Assembly: GCA_951406725.2 (NCBI GenBank) | Contig: OX597823.1 | Coordinates: 87,916,001 to 87,980,000 of the forward strand | Length of the DNA stretch: 64,000 nt | Direction of reading: 5' to 3' | From: Octopus vulgaris | Lineage: Eukaryota | Shown: positions 53,156 to 64,000 of the stretch, piece by piece | Layout of the letters: every line of letters begins with the position of its first letter | How positions within the stretch are numbered: position 1 is the first letter of the stretch | Made by a program: the position numbers and the translations under genes | The notes under the pieces: generated by a model | Databases searched by the model: none | The model's input: the letters and a program-made list of their open reading frames with translations, nothing else | What the model was told of the DNA's origin: nothing

Positions 53156-56100
53156 CACATATATGCATATAGTTGTATATTTCTGTATATATAAAAATAT
53201 AGATAAATAGTCAAAATGACCAAATCTCTAAAAATTGCTCTTAAATGTGGTTTTGTTCATTTTGTCTACTACTTCTAGCGTGTAAAACTGCCTGTTGACG
53301 GCAGTTTCTCTTGTGCTTAAATGAACATATATATATATATATATATATATAAACATGTATGTACATATATATACATATATGTATATATATATGTATTTAT
53401 ATATACTTGTATATGTATATAGATACACGATATGTTTGAATGTGTATGAGAACGCGTGTGATTTCTTTGTGTTTACGTATACATAATAAAATATCAAGTT
53501 GTTTCAGACTAATCTCTTCGATTAACAGTTTATTAAAATACAATGGTTATGTTTATGAGCTAACTAGACTTATTCGCATTTTTTCTCAGACATTTATCGA
53601 TTATTCGTCTCAAATTCTACTAATATAATGCACAATGTGTTATTTTGTATTGTTATTGATAGTGGCGTTTGACCTCTAGCTTAGGAGTCCCTGACATCAT
53701 ATGTAAAATATTGTTTTCTATCAAGTTTTATGTTGTATTTTAAATGATATAAAGTAACATGAAGCGATATTAAGAAAATATTAATATGGTAATATGGCGT
53801 GAATACCATGAAAATATATGGTGTTTACATCGTTTTAGCTTTTTTTGTTTGTGTGTCCTCCTCAAAGTTTACACTAAGAGAAAATAGACACTGTAAAGTT
53901 GAGGCTTATGTCTAATTGAACGAGTTAAAATATATAATGACTTCAGGAAGTAAATTTTGATATCACCCTCACCTCAGTTTTGCGATAGATCGTTGATACG
54001 AGAGCAAATTTATCAACCTGGCTCCACCCTCACATGTTACATCTTAGCTTACACTTAGCAAAAAAAAAACCTGGGTTTCTAGATAGCTTTGTGCATTGAT
54101 TTTAATTCCCTACTGATTGTGTCTAACCAATAGAACAACAATAGTAACGAAAAGATCGTTTTTAAGTTCATTGAACGGAATGCTTATAGCTTCTACATTC
54201 TTTATAAATGTAAGTAAATTATATTAAATTTGACACATTTCCAGTCAACGAGATGTCCTTAAAATTAAATTTCTATTCATCCGCTCAAAATTTTGCTAAG
54301 TAAATCAACAGGGAAACAGATTAAGAGCCCGAGATTGATGATGTGTATTGTCAGTGTATATGACAATAAGATAAGTAAAATTGCGATCAACAAACTGTAA
54401 GAGGGGAAAATATTGTAATGATTAATGAGGTTTTCATAAGTTTAGTTTATCGATTGCTTTCAAGATCATTTTATGAGTTCGTTACATGACAGATGCTTTT
54501 AAAATCCTACTCTGATAAGCAAATACAGCTTTGTTTTCTAGAATATTTTTGAACATTAATAAGGAAGTAACGGCATACCAATTGAATAAAATACAATAAT
54601 ATATACATTTCGACATAACATCTAAACTAGTTTCCTGACTCCTTTCCATTGTTAAGTTACCGAATTTTCAAAAACTTCGCATCGAGACTGGAGAAATATT
54701 TTATATCTAACAATTACAAACATTGATCAGAGTAACATTAAATAAGTGTTTGAGACGGATATAAATTTTATGCTGGTTTCAAATACTAATTTTTTATTAA
54801 CAAAAACCTTTTTAAAAGATATCTCGGTGGTGATGTTGCTGGGTGTAGACGTAACAGCTTCCGCTGATAAAAACATTAATTACAAAGTGACAATGTTTGT
54901 ATCAATCAATAAATAAAAGTGTACTTATGAATTAACAATAAACAAGGGCAAAATATAGGAAAGAATGTCTCTATTTCTTGTCGGCTTTTAGCCAAGATAT
55001 TATCTGAACGAGTAGACATATGAGCAAAATAATTTCATGTTTTTAATTATGACATATATATATTATTCAATATGACACTTAGTTCAGAGGACAGAGAGTT
55101 ATTTGTCTAAGACAGAACTTTCATTGATATTTGTAGCATGTGTCGCAATAATAAGAAAGTCTTGGGTTTGAACGGATTGTTAAAAGGTGTTTTGGTTCTC
55201 CTTTGACAGTTATTTATATTTTTAGATATAGTAGTTTGTGACGGTTGCCCACCCGTAAAATGTGGCATACATATTTTGTAAATATATCATCATGATTTCG
55301 ACCATTACGCTGAGAAGATCTATTAAAAACTGAGTGTCCAAAGTTGTCCCCGGTAGTAATTGATATAATATTTGTCCATGAGCTAATGTTGCCATTTCGG
55401 AACCGCTTATGCAAGTTCAGTTAGATTTTTGATGATCATTGAACTAAGTTAACATTAATTAAGGTGTATTATGTCAAGTAAATTATTGATTGATACAAAA
55501 GTCAGCAAAAAATAGAATATCATGCAATAATAACTCTGACTCTATTACAGTTGTATGCAAACGAGTAGACAACGACGCTATAAGTTAAAAGTATATTTAG
55601 TGCTTTCACGCAAAATTCGTGATGTGATGGCTTGTTTTACATAATAATATCCACCCTATATTATGTGCATCATATTCATTGCAACATGTAACTCATCTCA
55701 GGAATACTTATTTTCGCAGACCTTCTGACATAAGTTCTTAAGATGTTATTAAGAACATTTACGCAGAGTATACAAGAGCCCCGTGCTAAGAATCAAGCTA
55801 GATGGGTGAATCTACCACACGATAATGTGGAAAACTAATGTGGTATATATCTAAACACGACTCGTATATGCCAATGTATATCAAATGCATTTGTCCATAC
55901 CATTAACAGAATATGGACCACCAAATATTCAGTTTATCATCTCCCTATTTCTGAATATTTGATTATATAAAAATTGATTATAATCATTGCTTTCGTTGTT
56001 GGAGATTTAAATTAAATTTGCCAAAAACTGTAAATAATATCATGATACCAATAAATATCTATAAAAACAACATTCAATAAATTAATGTTGGAAGGAACCT

Positions 56101-56937
56101 TTCTATAGCAGTATTAATATTTTCTACATAGTATATATCACATGATACCAAATCGTTGTATATATAAAGGTTTGGTTTTGTTAACATTTTTACACAATTT
56201 TGGAAATTACAGAAATATTACTAAGCAGTTTCAAATCTCTCCAATTATCTAGAATTTCCCCTTTGACTTAAAAATTTATATTGACTATTTTCTATTTGTT
56301 TCGATATCGTCTTCGAGTTACAGAAATTTTCTTTCAAGTCTGTCCACACTCATTCAAATACCACTTCTAGTTTGAACCAAAATTACTTTTACGATTGCAC
56401 GTTTATTTATCCTTTATTTTTAAAAGCCATTTAATTATATTTTCTTTTTTTTTTAAGAAATGGCATTTATTTTCCTATATAAATTTGCTTCTCATTTGCA
56501 TTTCCTTTTTTATATCGTTTGGTAAATCTTGCAAAATATAATTGATGTTCTTTAATAATAACGATTTATGTTTTAAAAACAATTAATTAGACACACGAAA
56601 CCAAATACAACTGGGAATTTGTGACAATACAATCTCTGTCAACATCGGAAACTTTAATGAAATGGTGTGTATTTGAAGACAGGAGAGAATGCATTTTTGT
56701 ACGGATGAGTCACCATCTACAACAGACCCAACATTTAAGCGAAGAGTACATTCATTTTTAAACAACCCATTAGTGAATGCATCATTTCCAACTTATTTTT
56801 GCGCAAACACAGGGTTTTTTTCATTCAATATTGACTAACTTGAAAAAAACCCTATTCACAATTTTATCAAGCAAGCAATACTTTTTAATACACTGGCTTT
56901 TAAAAACACTTTCATCAAAAAGAGGAAGGAACTTTTT

Positions 56938-57153
56938 TCATTTATTCTTTATAGTCTTTTGTTTTTTTTGCTTTTGGCAAATTGAAATAAGGCCAGACAA
57001 GGTTAGTGCATAAATGAGGTGTTTCGTTATAGAAATTGTCTGAAAACTAGCAAGAATTAGATAATACTCGTTATTTCCAGAATTGGGACTGATGCAAAGA
57101 GAACGCTCGTCCTGATGAAATAAACACCTGGATTCCTTTGTTACCACAACTTG
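56938..57153 (-). CDS. Possible downstream/terminal exon of the channel gene (speculative)
   Basis: Strong polypyrimidine tract plus AG (atttccgttttcccttttttaatgtag|CAA) followed by a phase-0 frame open for 71 codons. No recognisable homology, and other acceptors (e.g. near 58622 and 59099) are also possible. Confidence 0.15.
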   Translation of the reverse strand, partial: QVVVTKESRCLFHQDERSLCISPNSGNNEYYLILASFQTISITKHLIYALTLSGLISICQKQKKQKTIKNK

Positions 57154-58304
57154 CTACATTAAAAAAGGGAAAACGGAAATATATAGTGGCTAATCCTTGT
57201 GCAGATTTCGAAAATCAGCTACGATGTCATGTCTAGAAGGCATTGTTACACTTGTGATTTGAGAGGACCTAAACAATACGTTAGTTAATGTGAGTAATAA
57301 CAACACTAAAGAGTAATGATTTTTAAAATCGAAAGAAATAACATGCATTTTCTATTGACTTTGGGAAGACGGAAATTAAAGTCATCCCCAGGGGAATATC
57401 TTGATAGCAATGATTATCAATTTGACATTGTCATAAATACAGAATGTCACAGCAGCCCTACGCTGATGGATATAACATAGCAATTTTTGGAAATCCATAT
57501 TTTGAAAAAGCTACTCAGTAAACAAATATGTTAGCACGGTAGAATATAGGGAAGATTGAATTAAAAAATTTACAAAACTTCTTGATTTGAGATTTGTTAA
57601 AGATTAGAAAACTGAATGGTTTTATCATAGACAGCATTCAGAATTATTGATCATCAATTGTTATACCGCCGTGTGAGTCACAATCCAATTACAACACCGC
57701 CTTAAGTATTTCAAAGCAAGTAGCTAGACGTCTCATTCTGGGTAGCGCAACAACGAACTCTAGAAAACACCTTTACTTCTCTCTACCGCTCGTCATATTA
57801 GTGTATGTCGAAAATCTAGGAGTAACTCTCAAAAGTGCTATCCGAAAGAATAAGTGAACATTTACATAATTAGAAAAAGATAATGTATTTCCTGTAGACC
57901 AGAATTTCAGTATGTCCACTTCTCGAGAAATTCTTGCAGCTTCTCAAAAAGAAGTTATTAAATTGTGTTTATGTGCGCAAAAAGAAAATATTACGTGGCT
58001 TGATCAATAATTATCAGGATTTCTACTCTGTCACAAGAAAGTACAGTTTGCAGATGATGTCACTGAATGAATTTGATGCCGCAATATGATGGTTATTCAA
58101 AAAGCAATTTCTCTTTCTCGCTTTCAGTAAATGCCTCTCCATATATAGAATTTAGTCTACGTGCCTGTGAAAGTTTCATTTTCTTCGCAAGAAATAGATT
58201 ATACTCATATGAAACTATATTTGTGTTGAAGAATGGAAATGTGAAATTATGGAGCTCTAGCGGGGAGGCAGATCAACAAATCACTAATCAATAAACTTTA
58301 CTAA

Positions 58305-58382
58305 TAAACAGTATTTAAAGCAGAAAGAAGTGACGCTAAGCATTTATCCGACGTGCTAACAATTCTGCGAGCTCGTCACCTT
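58305..58382 (-). mobile_element. SINE family A head fragment
   Basis: cgctaagcatttatccgacgtgctaacaattctgcgagctcgtcacctt. Confidence 0.65.
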
Positions 58383-59271
58383 ATCTTCTCGCTGAAGCCT
58401 AAATACCATTATTAAGTTGTTTATGATCCTGATAAATGCTTCTACACAGAAGTTCTGCATCATTTATGAATAAACGCCGATTTATCCATAAATGTGGCGT
58501 CAAGTCACTTTGTACGAAAGACGTTTAGGAAAAACGATGTGTGTGTGTAATAATAACAGCTTTTAATTTTAAATACGGTCTATTCTTACTACATCTGTTA
58601 TATACAGTCGTTTACTGTAAAACTAAAACAAGGAAATACATTTTCAATAGGACAACGTACTTTCTGATTAAACTCAACCTTTCCAAAAATCTAATGGTAG
58701 CTGAAGTAACAAATTGAAAAAAATGTATTAACCGAAGTTATCAACATTATATCATTAGTAAATACTGGATCAAACAGTAAGGATGACAAGTAGAGAAACT
58801 GCATAGAACGTCTGCCTTGTAATCAAGAATTTACTGTATCCAATGAAAAAGAGTCCATTTAAATTCCTGTAGACACCGTCAACAAGTGCAGTTCCTCTTT
58901 GCGAACAACAGTGATGTTATGTAGTTAAAAAGTGTATATCTATAAATTATGAGAAGCAGCACTCAGAAAGGCCTAATAAATCTTATGCAACATTCAACTT
59001 TTGTTTAGTGCTCTTAAAATCACTACAAAATATCGATATTTTGAATGGTGCACTTATAACTCATTAGGGTTCAAAGTCATTCGTTAATTAGGGAAAAACT
59101 GAAATCATAAGATATAAAAATTCCTACTCTAAGCAATGGGGACACTGAATAACGTATGAGTCAGCCATAATTTACTTAATGTAAAGTATATAAGTGCATA
59201 CACATATAATTATTGAAGCCATCAAATGAAAAGATAAAAATGAAGAAAGTTGTGTAAAGTTATATACTTAC

Positions 59272-59451
59272 ATACATATGGATGATGATGACAAAGCCAA
59301 CATTGTACGAGATATATACTATGCTGAGGACGCTAAGAATTATTATTTCTACTCGGTCTGCATTTTCTTTGTCGTGGTCCAATAATGTAACTAAGCCGTG
59401 CCATGCACATACCGTCGATAGCATAACCATTGAGATCAGTAGGTACTTGTC
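59272..59451 (-). CDS. Internal coding exon (60 aa, phase 0/0) encoding M3, short loop and M4 of a pentameric ligand-gated ion channel, Cys-less/Pro-loop (GLIC/ELIC-like) type; upstream exons probably beyond the right edge of the window
   Basis: Acceptor ttttgtattgcag|GAC at 59452/59451 and donor TAT|gtaagt at 59272/59271; length 180 bp. Translation DKYLLISMVMLSTVCAWHGLVTLLDHDKENADRVEIIILSVLSIVYISYNVGFVIIIHMY gives two hydrophobic helices separated by a ~10-aa polar loop. The DKY...C.WH pattern is what follows 'SYLTYL' at the start of M3 in invertebrate Cys-less pLGICs (recognised from memory). Confidence 0.8.
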
Positions 59452-59713
59452 CTGCAATACAAAATAATAATAATAATAATAATGAGTATCATCACTCAAG
59501 TATCAACATGGTTCAAAAAGATTGGTACAAATGTAAATGTAAAACACCTACAAAAATCAGAATTTATCGAACTGCAATATTTCGTCGCAGAATTGTTGAA
59601 GCATGGCCTGTAAACTAGTGTCTCTTCAGTCTGCTGGCTGTAGACAGCTGACGCTTTCCATCATACCCATCAAAATAATATGTGAGGTTTCATATAATAA
59701 TAATAATAATAAT

Positions 59714-59905
59714 CTTTTCTACTCTAGGCACAAGGCCCGTCGATTAGATCGACCTCAGTACGCAACTGGTACTTAATTTATCGACCTCGAAAGGATGAAA
59801 GGAAAAATCGACCTCGACGTAATTTGAACTCAGAACATACAGACAGACGAAATACCGCTGAGCATTTCGCCTGGCGTGCTAACGTTTCTTCCAGCTCGCC
59901 GCCTT
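59714..59905 (-). mobile_element. SINE family A, alternative-tail variant
   Basis: Same head and central domain, but the tail reads ttttctactctaggcacaaggccc on the + strand; sits next to a (TAA)n tract. Confidence 0.85.
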
Positions 59906-61180
59906 AATAATGACCATCCATGCAGAAATTTCAAAAGATTGTCTTTACTGGTACGTCACACGTACTGGGAAGAGCATTGTCGCTGTGAATTTTCTTTCAT
60001 TTTTCCCGTTTATTTTCTTAATTTTTCATTTTTTTTCCTTTTTCTCTCCGCCTTTCTTCCCCATTTCCTTTGTCACATAACTTTGTAAGGGAACAATCTA
60101 GTGTATTTCTTTTAATGGCCTAGCAATGTATACATTGTATTACTCTGCCCTAATTATCAGGAAGACACACTGTAAGAAATGGAAACAGAATAGAAAGATG
60201 ATGATGATGATAATAATAATAATAATGATAATAATAATGCTGATGATAACAGTTATGCGAATCAAATCAATATAATGATATATAAATATATAAACATATA
60301 GAGCAATGCATAAATATAACAATATATGGTAATATGTAAGACTATAAAAGCATAACTGTATATAAAACTGCAACATATATATTTTATTCCTTTTACAAGA
60401 GCAGTCATTTTGTTATCATAATTGGGATTATCATCGTATCCCAGGAGCTAATACAACTCAGCCTTATTTACATAAATATATCCCCCAATTATTTTGCTAT
60501 TTAACATTGCAGTAATGCACTAGAGGATTTCCTAAAATGAATGAATACCGAATTTACTCTCGAAATACTTTACAATAGTAGCAGCGATAAACTATCATTC
60601 ATATGGTTGATTTTAAATAAATATATTGTGGGTTTAAAAAATAAATAGATTTGATAGTTTGTATAATTTTTAGTGCATACTTTTAAGACTCAAGAAGCAC
60701 GATTCAAGAAAAAGAGAAGAGTGTTGATATGTCTTCCTGTGGAACATAGAACTTTAGTTTATTATATGTGTCAGATACACTCGAATGTTCCGGGTGTGCA
60801 ATGTGTTTATTCACATGTACTATCCGTATGTTTTTCCAGTGAGTGTGTGATGTATAATTCAACGAATTATAAGATCTACAAATTTAAGATGAGAAAACTT
60901 ACTTAAGGAATTTGTTTTAGAAGTATACATTTGGTTAACTCTAGGAATTTCTCAAATTATACCATTCATATGATGTGGTTTTAAAAAACATGATCAGCTT
61001 CAATTACATACACTATCCAACAAAGAAACGGGATGCCATATGCCGACTTGAAATATATATATATAAATCTGCTTCACCGAAATGAGACCCTTGCTATTCT
61101 CAGAGACCGATAACAATCTCTGTAGAAAGTTACGGAGTTCTTACTGGAAACCGGCTTCTCTTTTAAGCTGATAATATTCT

Positions 61181-61412
61181 TATTTCTTTACTACTCACAA
61201 GGGGCTAAACATAGAGGGGACAGACAAGGACAGTCAAACGGATTAAGTCGATTACATCGACCCCAGTGCGTAACTGGTACTTATTTAAACGACCCCGAAA
61301 GGATGAAAGGCAAAGTCGACCACGGCGGAATTTGAACTCAGAAGGTAGCTGTAGACGAAATACCGCTAAGAATTTCGCCCGGCGTGCTAACCATTCTGCC
61401 AGCTCGCCGCCT
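61181..61412 (-). mobile_element. SINE family A, full length
   Basis: Matches family A; TSD tgataatattct at 61169-61180 and 61415-61426, with a third copy near 61436. Confidence 0.9.
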
Positions 61413-61469
61413 TTTGATAATATTCTATTCTAAGTTGATAATATTCTATCACCCTTAAAGCGAATCGTT

Positions 61470-61620
61470 AACGCGCCGGAAAAAAAGCTTAGTAGAGTTC
61501 AAATGCTGCTAGAATACACTTTGCCTTTCATCTTTCCGCAATTGATAAAATAGGAACCAGTTGAGCACGGAGGCTTGCATACTCCCCAAAAATTGCTGGC
61601 TTTGTGTTAAAATTTGAAAC
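61470..61620 (+). mobile_element. SINE family A, diverged copy lying head-to-head with 61181-61412
   Basis: gagttcaaatgctgc...actttgcctttcatctttccg...gataaaataggaaccagttgagcac...aaaatttgaaacc. Confidence 0.6.
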
Positions 61621-61639
61621 CATTATTCTATACCTTTGA

Positions 61640-61990
61640 TATATAAGGCGTGTACATTGTCCTTGCACTTGATAGTAGCAAAGCATTAGTCACTGCCAAC
61701 AAAAGAGAGAAACTCTTCCATGCCACCTTCATTCGTTTCACGTCTCTTTGAATTGAAGGATTCTCTCACCCAGATCACATCTTCACAGCCAGCCTCAATA
61801 GGCCACGTTTGATCAGTAACCTGTCGTCCCTGTTCATCGCTACTGAATGCTTGTGACACTATGTCATTTCCATTTGTATATTAAGGAGATGCATGTGCCA
61901 TTCAACTCCAGTGTAGATTAGCCCACTCTCACGCTTTTTCGCAGACTTTGGCTCAGCAGAGGCGTCTGTGGGAAACGTTCACATTCATGA
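61640..61990 (-). mobile_element. Degenerate LINE ORF2 remnant (RTE-like)
   Basis: Minus-strand frame IQRDVKRMKVAWKSFSLLLAVTNALLLSSARTMYTPYI resembles the 'R...AW..F..L...L.L....LY' segment that follows the RT. Confidence 0.45.
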
Positions 61991-62626
61991 TTGAATAGGA
62001 ACATTGAGATAATACTTCAATAATAACATTATAAACTTGCTTAATTGAACAGTTCCGAAATAGAATCCCCGTACATACCAAGGGAGCAGTCTTCAAATTT
62101 ACGATCTCTTATTGTGATCGGCGTGTAATTGACACAGTTAAAGTTACAACAAATGCTAAGCCTTATAAGCACTGTTTAATCTTTACTGGCGATCTAACAT
62201 GTAATATAACAAATGCAGCTACCAAAATATTGTTCCAATTTAGAGTGAGAAATCATTTAATTCTTCAAAGTCTACCGACTAAACTGAAGTGATAGACGCA
62301 AGCAAATTCTTCTCACACATTGACCATCGTTACTTCTACACAAAAATGCATGTTGAACCTAGAACAACTTCTTCCGGGTGATTCTTAGAAATCCGTTAAA
62401 GAAGACACTATGACTCTTTCCAATAAGAATAATTACTCGATGCCTCAGAATTTTCCTATAATATGCATAGAGCCAGTTCTATTTCCGACGAGGGTGATGC
62501 AAAAGTTGATGGCAAGATCAGATTAGATAAAGTGATATCAGTATTCGAAGGCCTTCGTCCAATATCGAGATTGAAGACCATCTGTAAAAATATTAGAATG
62601 TAGCTACACTCATTTATTGTTATACC

Positions 62627-62857
62627 TATTTCTTTACTAGCCATAAGGGGCTAAACACAGAAGGGACAAACAAGGACAGACAAACGGATTAAGTCGATTA
62701 CATCGATCCAGTGCGTAACTGGTACTTAATTTATCGACCCCGAAAGGATGAAAGGCAAAGTCAACCTCGGCGGAATTTGAACTCTGAACGTAAATGCAGA
62801 CGAAATACTGCTGAGCATTTCGCCCGCTGTGCTAACGTTTCTGCTAGCTCGACGCCT
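62627..62857 (-). mobile_element. SINE family A, full length
   Basis: Matches family A; flanking tattgttatacc at 62615-62626 and 62877-62888. Confidence 0.9.
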
Positions 62858-62894
62858 TTTTATACCATTGTTATACTATTGTTATACCAGCTGC

Positions 62895-63310
62895 CGCCAT
62901 CTACACCTGTGTAACTCGGAAGAAGACATCGAAGATCTCCCTGTTGCTGGACGTGTTCCATCGACGCTGCCTAGATTTAATCCCGGACATATTACACTGG
63001 GACAGACTGAGAGTCAAAGAGGTGACGAGAACAGCTGGATGAGAGGTTCGTAAGACATGGAAACTAAGCGGCAGGTGCGGTTTACTGGCCATGTGTTTTT
63101 GTTTTTTTTATGTATTTTTACTGTAGGAGAAACATGCTACTACATTCAAGGAGTTGACGCAGGTAGGAGGAAAAGGACCGAGAGGAAGATCAAGCAGGAT
63201 GTGGAGCAGTACGTTCTGGGATTATATGATAGTGATGGGTGCATGAAGAAAGCTACTATTCGTGATGTTTGGAGAACATTTGATACCCGCGATGATCTAA
63301 CAGCTAAGAA
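62895..63310 (+). mobile_element. RTE-like LINE ORF2 C-terminal remnant
   Basis: One frame reads KKTSKISLLLDVFHRRCLDLIPDILHWDRLRVKEVTRTAG; a second continues KRQVRFTGHV and GRRKR. These are typical post-RT motifs (L..FH.RCLR.I..I.W.D; R.RW.GHV). Confidence 0.75.
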
Positions 63311-64000
63311 ACATACTTGTAAATATATACAATTTTACAGTTTCAAATATATATATTATCCATTTTAATCTCCTTAGAACATTCGATTTTCTGATCTACT
63401 ACCTTCAGCACACCTTCAACTTCCATACATTTATATATTTCATAAAGACTAAATTTGCTTTCAGAACCCATTCGTTGCTTTTCATCAGTAAAACATGATG
63501 GTGTCCATCACCTTCGGGCGACTTCTGCAACAGATGTGACTGACGCGATTAAGGTTTGTCTTCAATATTTCTGTCTCGGTGGATTCAATGAATTTCCTTT
63601 CCTCTCTCGTTTTTCCTATGATCATTGATTTAGAAACAATGAAGACAGTTGCGGATGGCGACAAACTGACCGGTCATTGACAACCTTCAAACTCACATAC
63701 AGATTTTTATCCATGGTCAGTTGCAATAGCCTCTAATTCCAAGGTGAAAAACATTAGGTGTTTATGAAATATGCATATTCAGAGAACTTGGCAGGTTTGT
63801 AAAAATAGTAGATTAGAAAACATAATAATCTTCTGGCTGTCATACTGTATAGAGTTTCAAATTGATTTTCTTGCTTTTTTGCATTACATTTCCAAACGGA
63901 AAACTCAGACATATTTACTAATGGTAGTCCATATCACTTACGAGGCGTCATAACTCGAACAAGTTTTGAAAAAGGTGACAAGATTTCTGTTCCTGCAAAC

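Noticed and set aside
398-53497. Dozens of YIYI/CVCV/HTHT/LSIY ORFs
   Set aside because: All derive from (TA)n, (TG)n, (CA)n or (GATA)n tracts that lack stop codons.
58086-58240. Mariner-like TIR start (tatgatggttattcaaaaag)
   Set aside because: Too degenerate, and no partner TIR was found.
62456-62581. Minus-strand acceptor ttttacag followed by MVFNLDIGRRP... as the upstream channel exon
   Set aside because: No M1/M2 or SYLTYL motif, and the frame ends in a stop without a convincing donor.

Overview
AT-rich, microsatellite-saturated eukaryotic DNA, almost entirely intronic or intergenic. The repeat complement (several tRNA-headed SINE families and dense (TA)n, (GATA)n, (TAT)n and (CA)n tracts) looks like an octopus/coleoid cephalopod genome; this is an inference. 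Nearly all ORFs in the supplied track are microsatellite artefacts. Only one host coding exon is well supported: a 180-bp minus-strand exon (59272-59451) encoding M3, a very short loop and M4 of a pentameric ligand-gated ion channel resembling the Cys-less 'Pro-loop' type. The rest is a layered transposon landscape: about 25 SINE copies, RTE and R4/Dong LINE fragments, a Penelope GIY-YIG fragment, a Helitron, and Merlin-like and mariner-like MITEs. The most notable unexplained structures are (i) Penelope-type hammerhead ribozyme motifs (one canonical at 50801-50843, one long-stem-II variant at 2537-2635), (ii) TA-flanked foldback elements whose arms match best near the apex, (iii) a ~210-bp inverted repeat bracketing 5.6 kb, and (iv) a triple C2H2 zinc-finger LINE tail split by a MITE, plus a non-autonomous element sharing its 3' end. 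Family names rest on motif recognition, not database searches.
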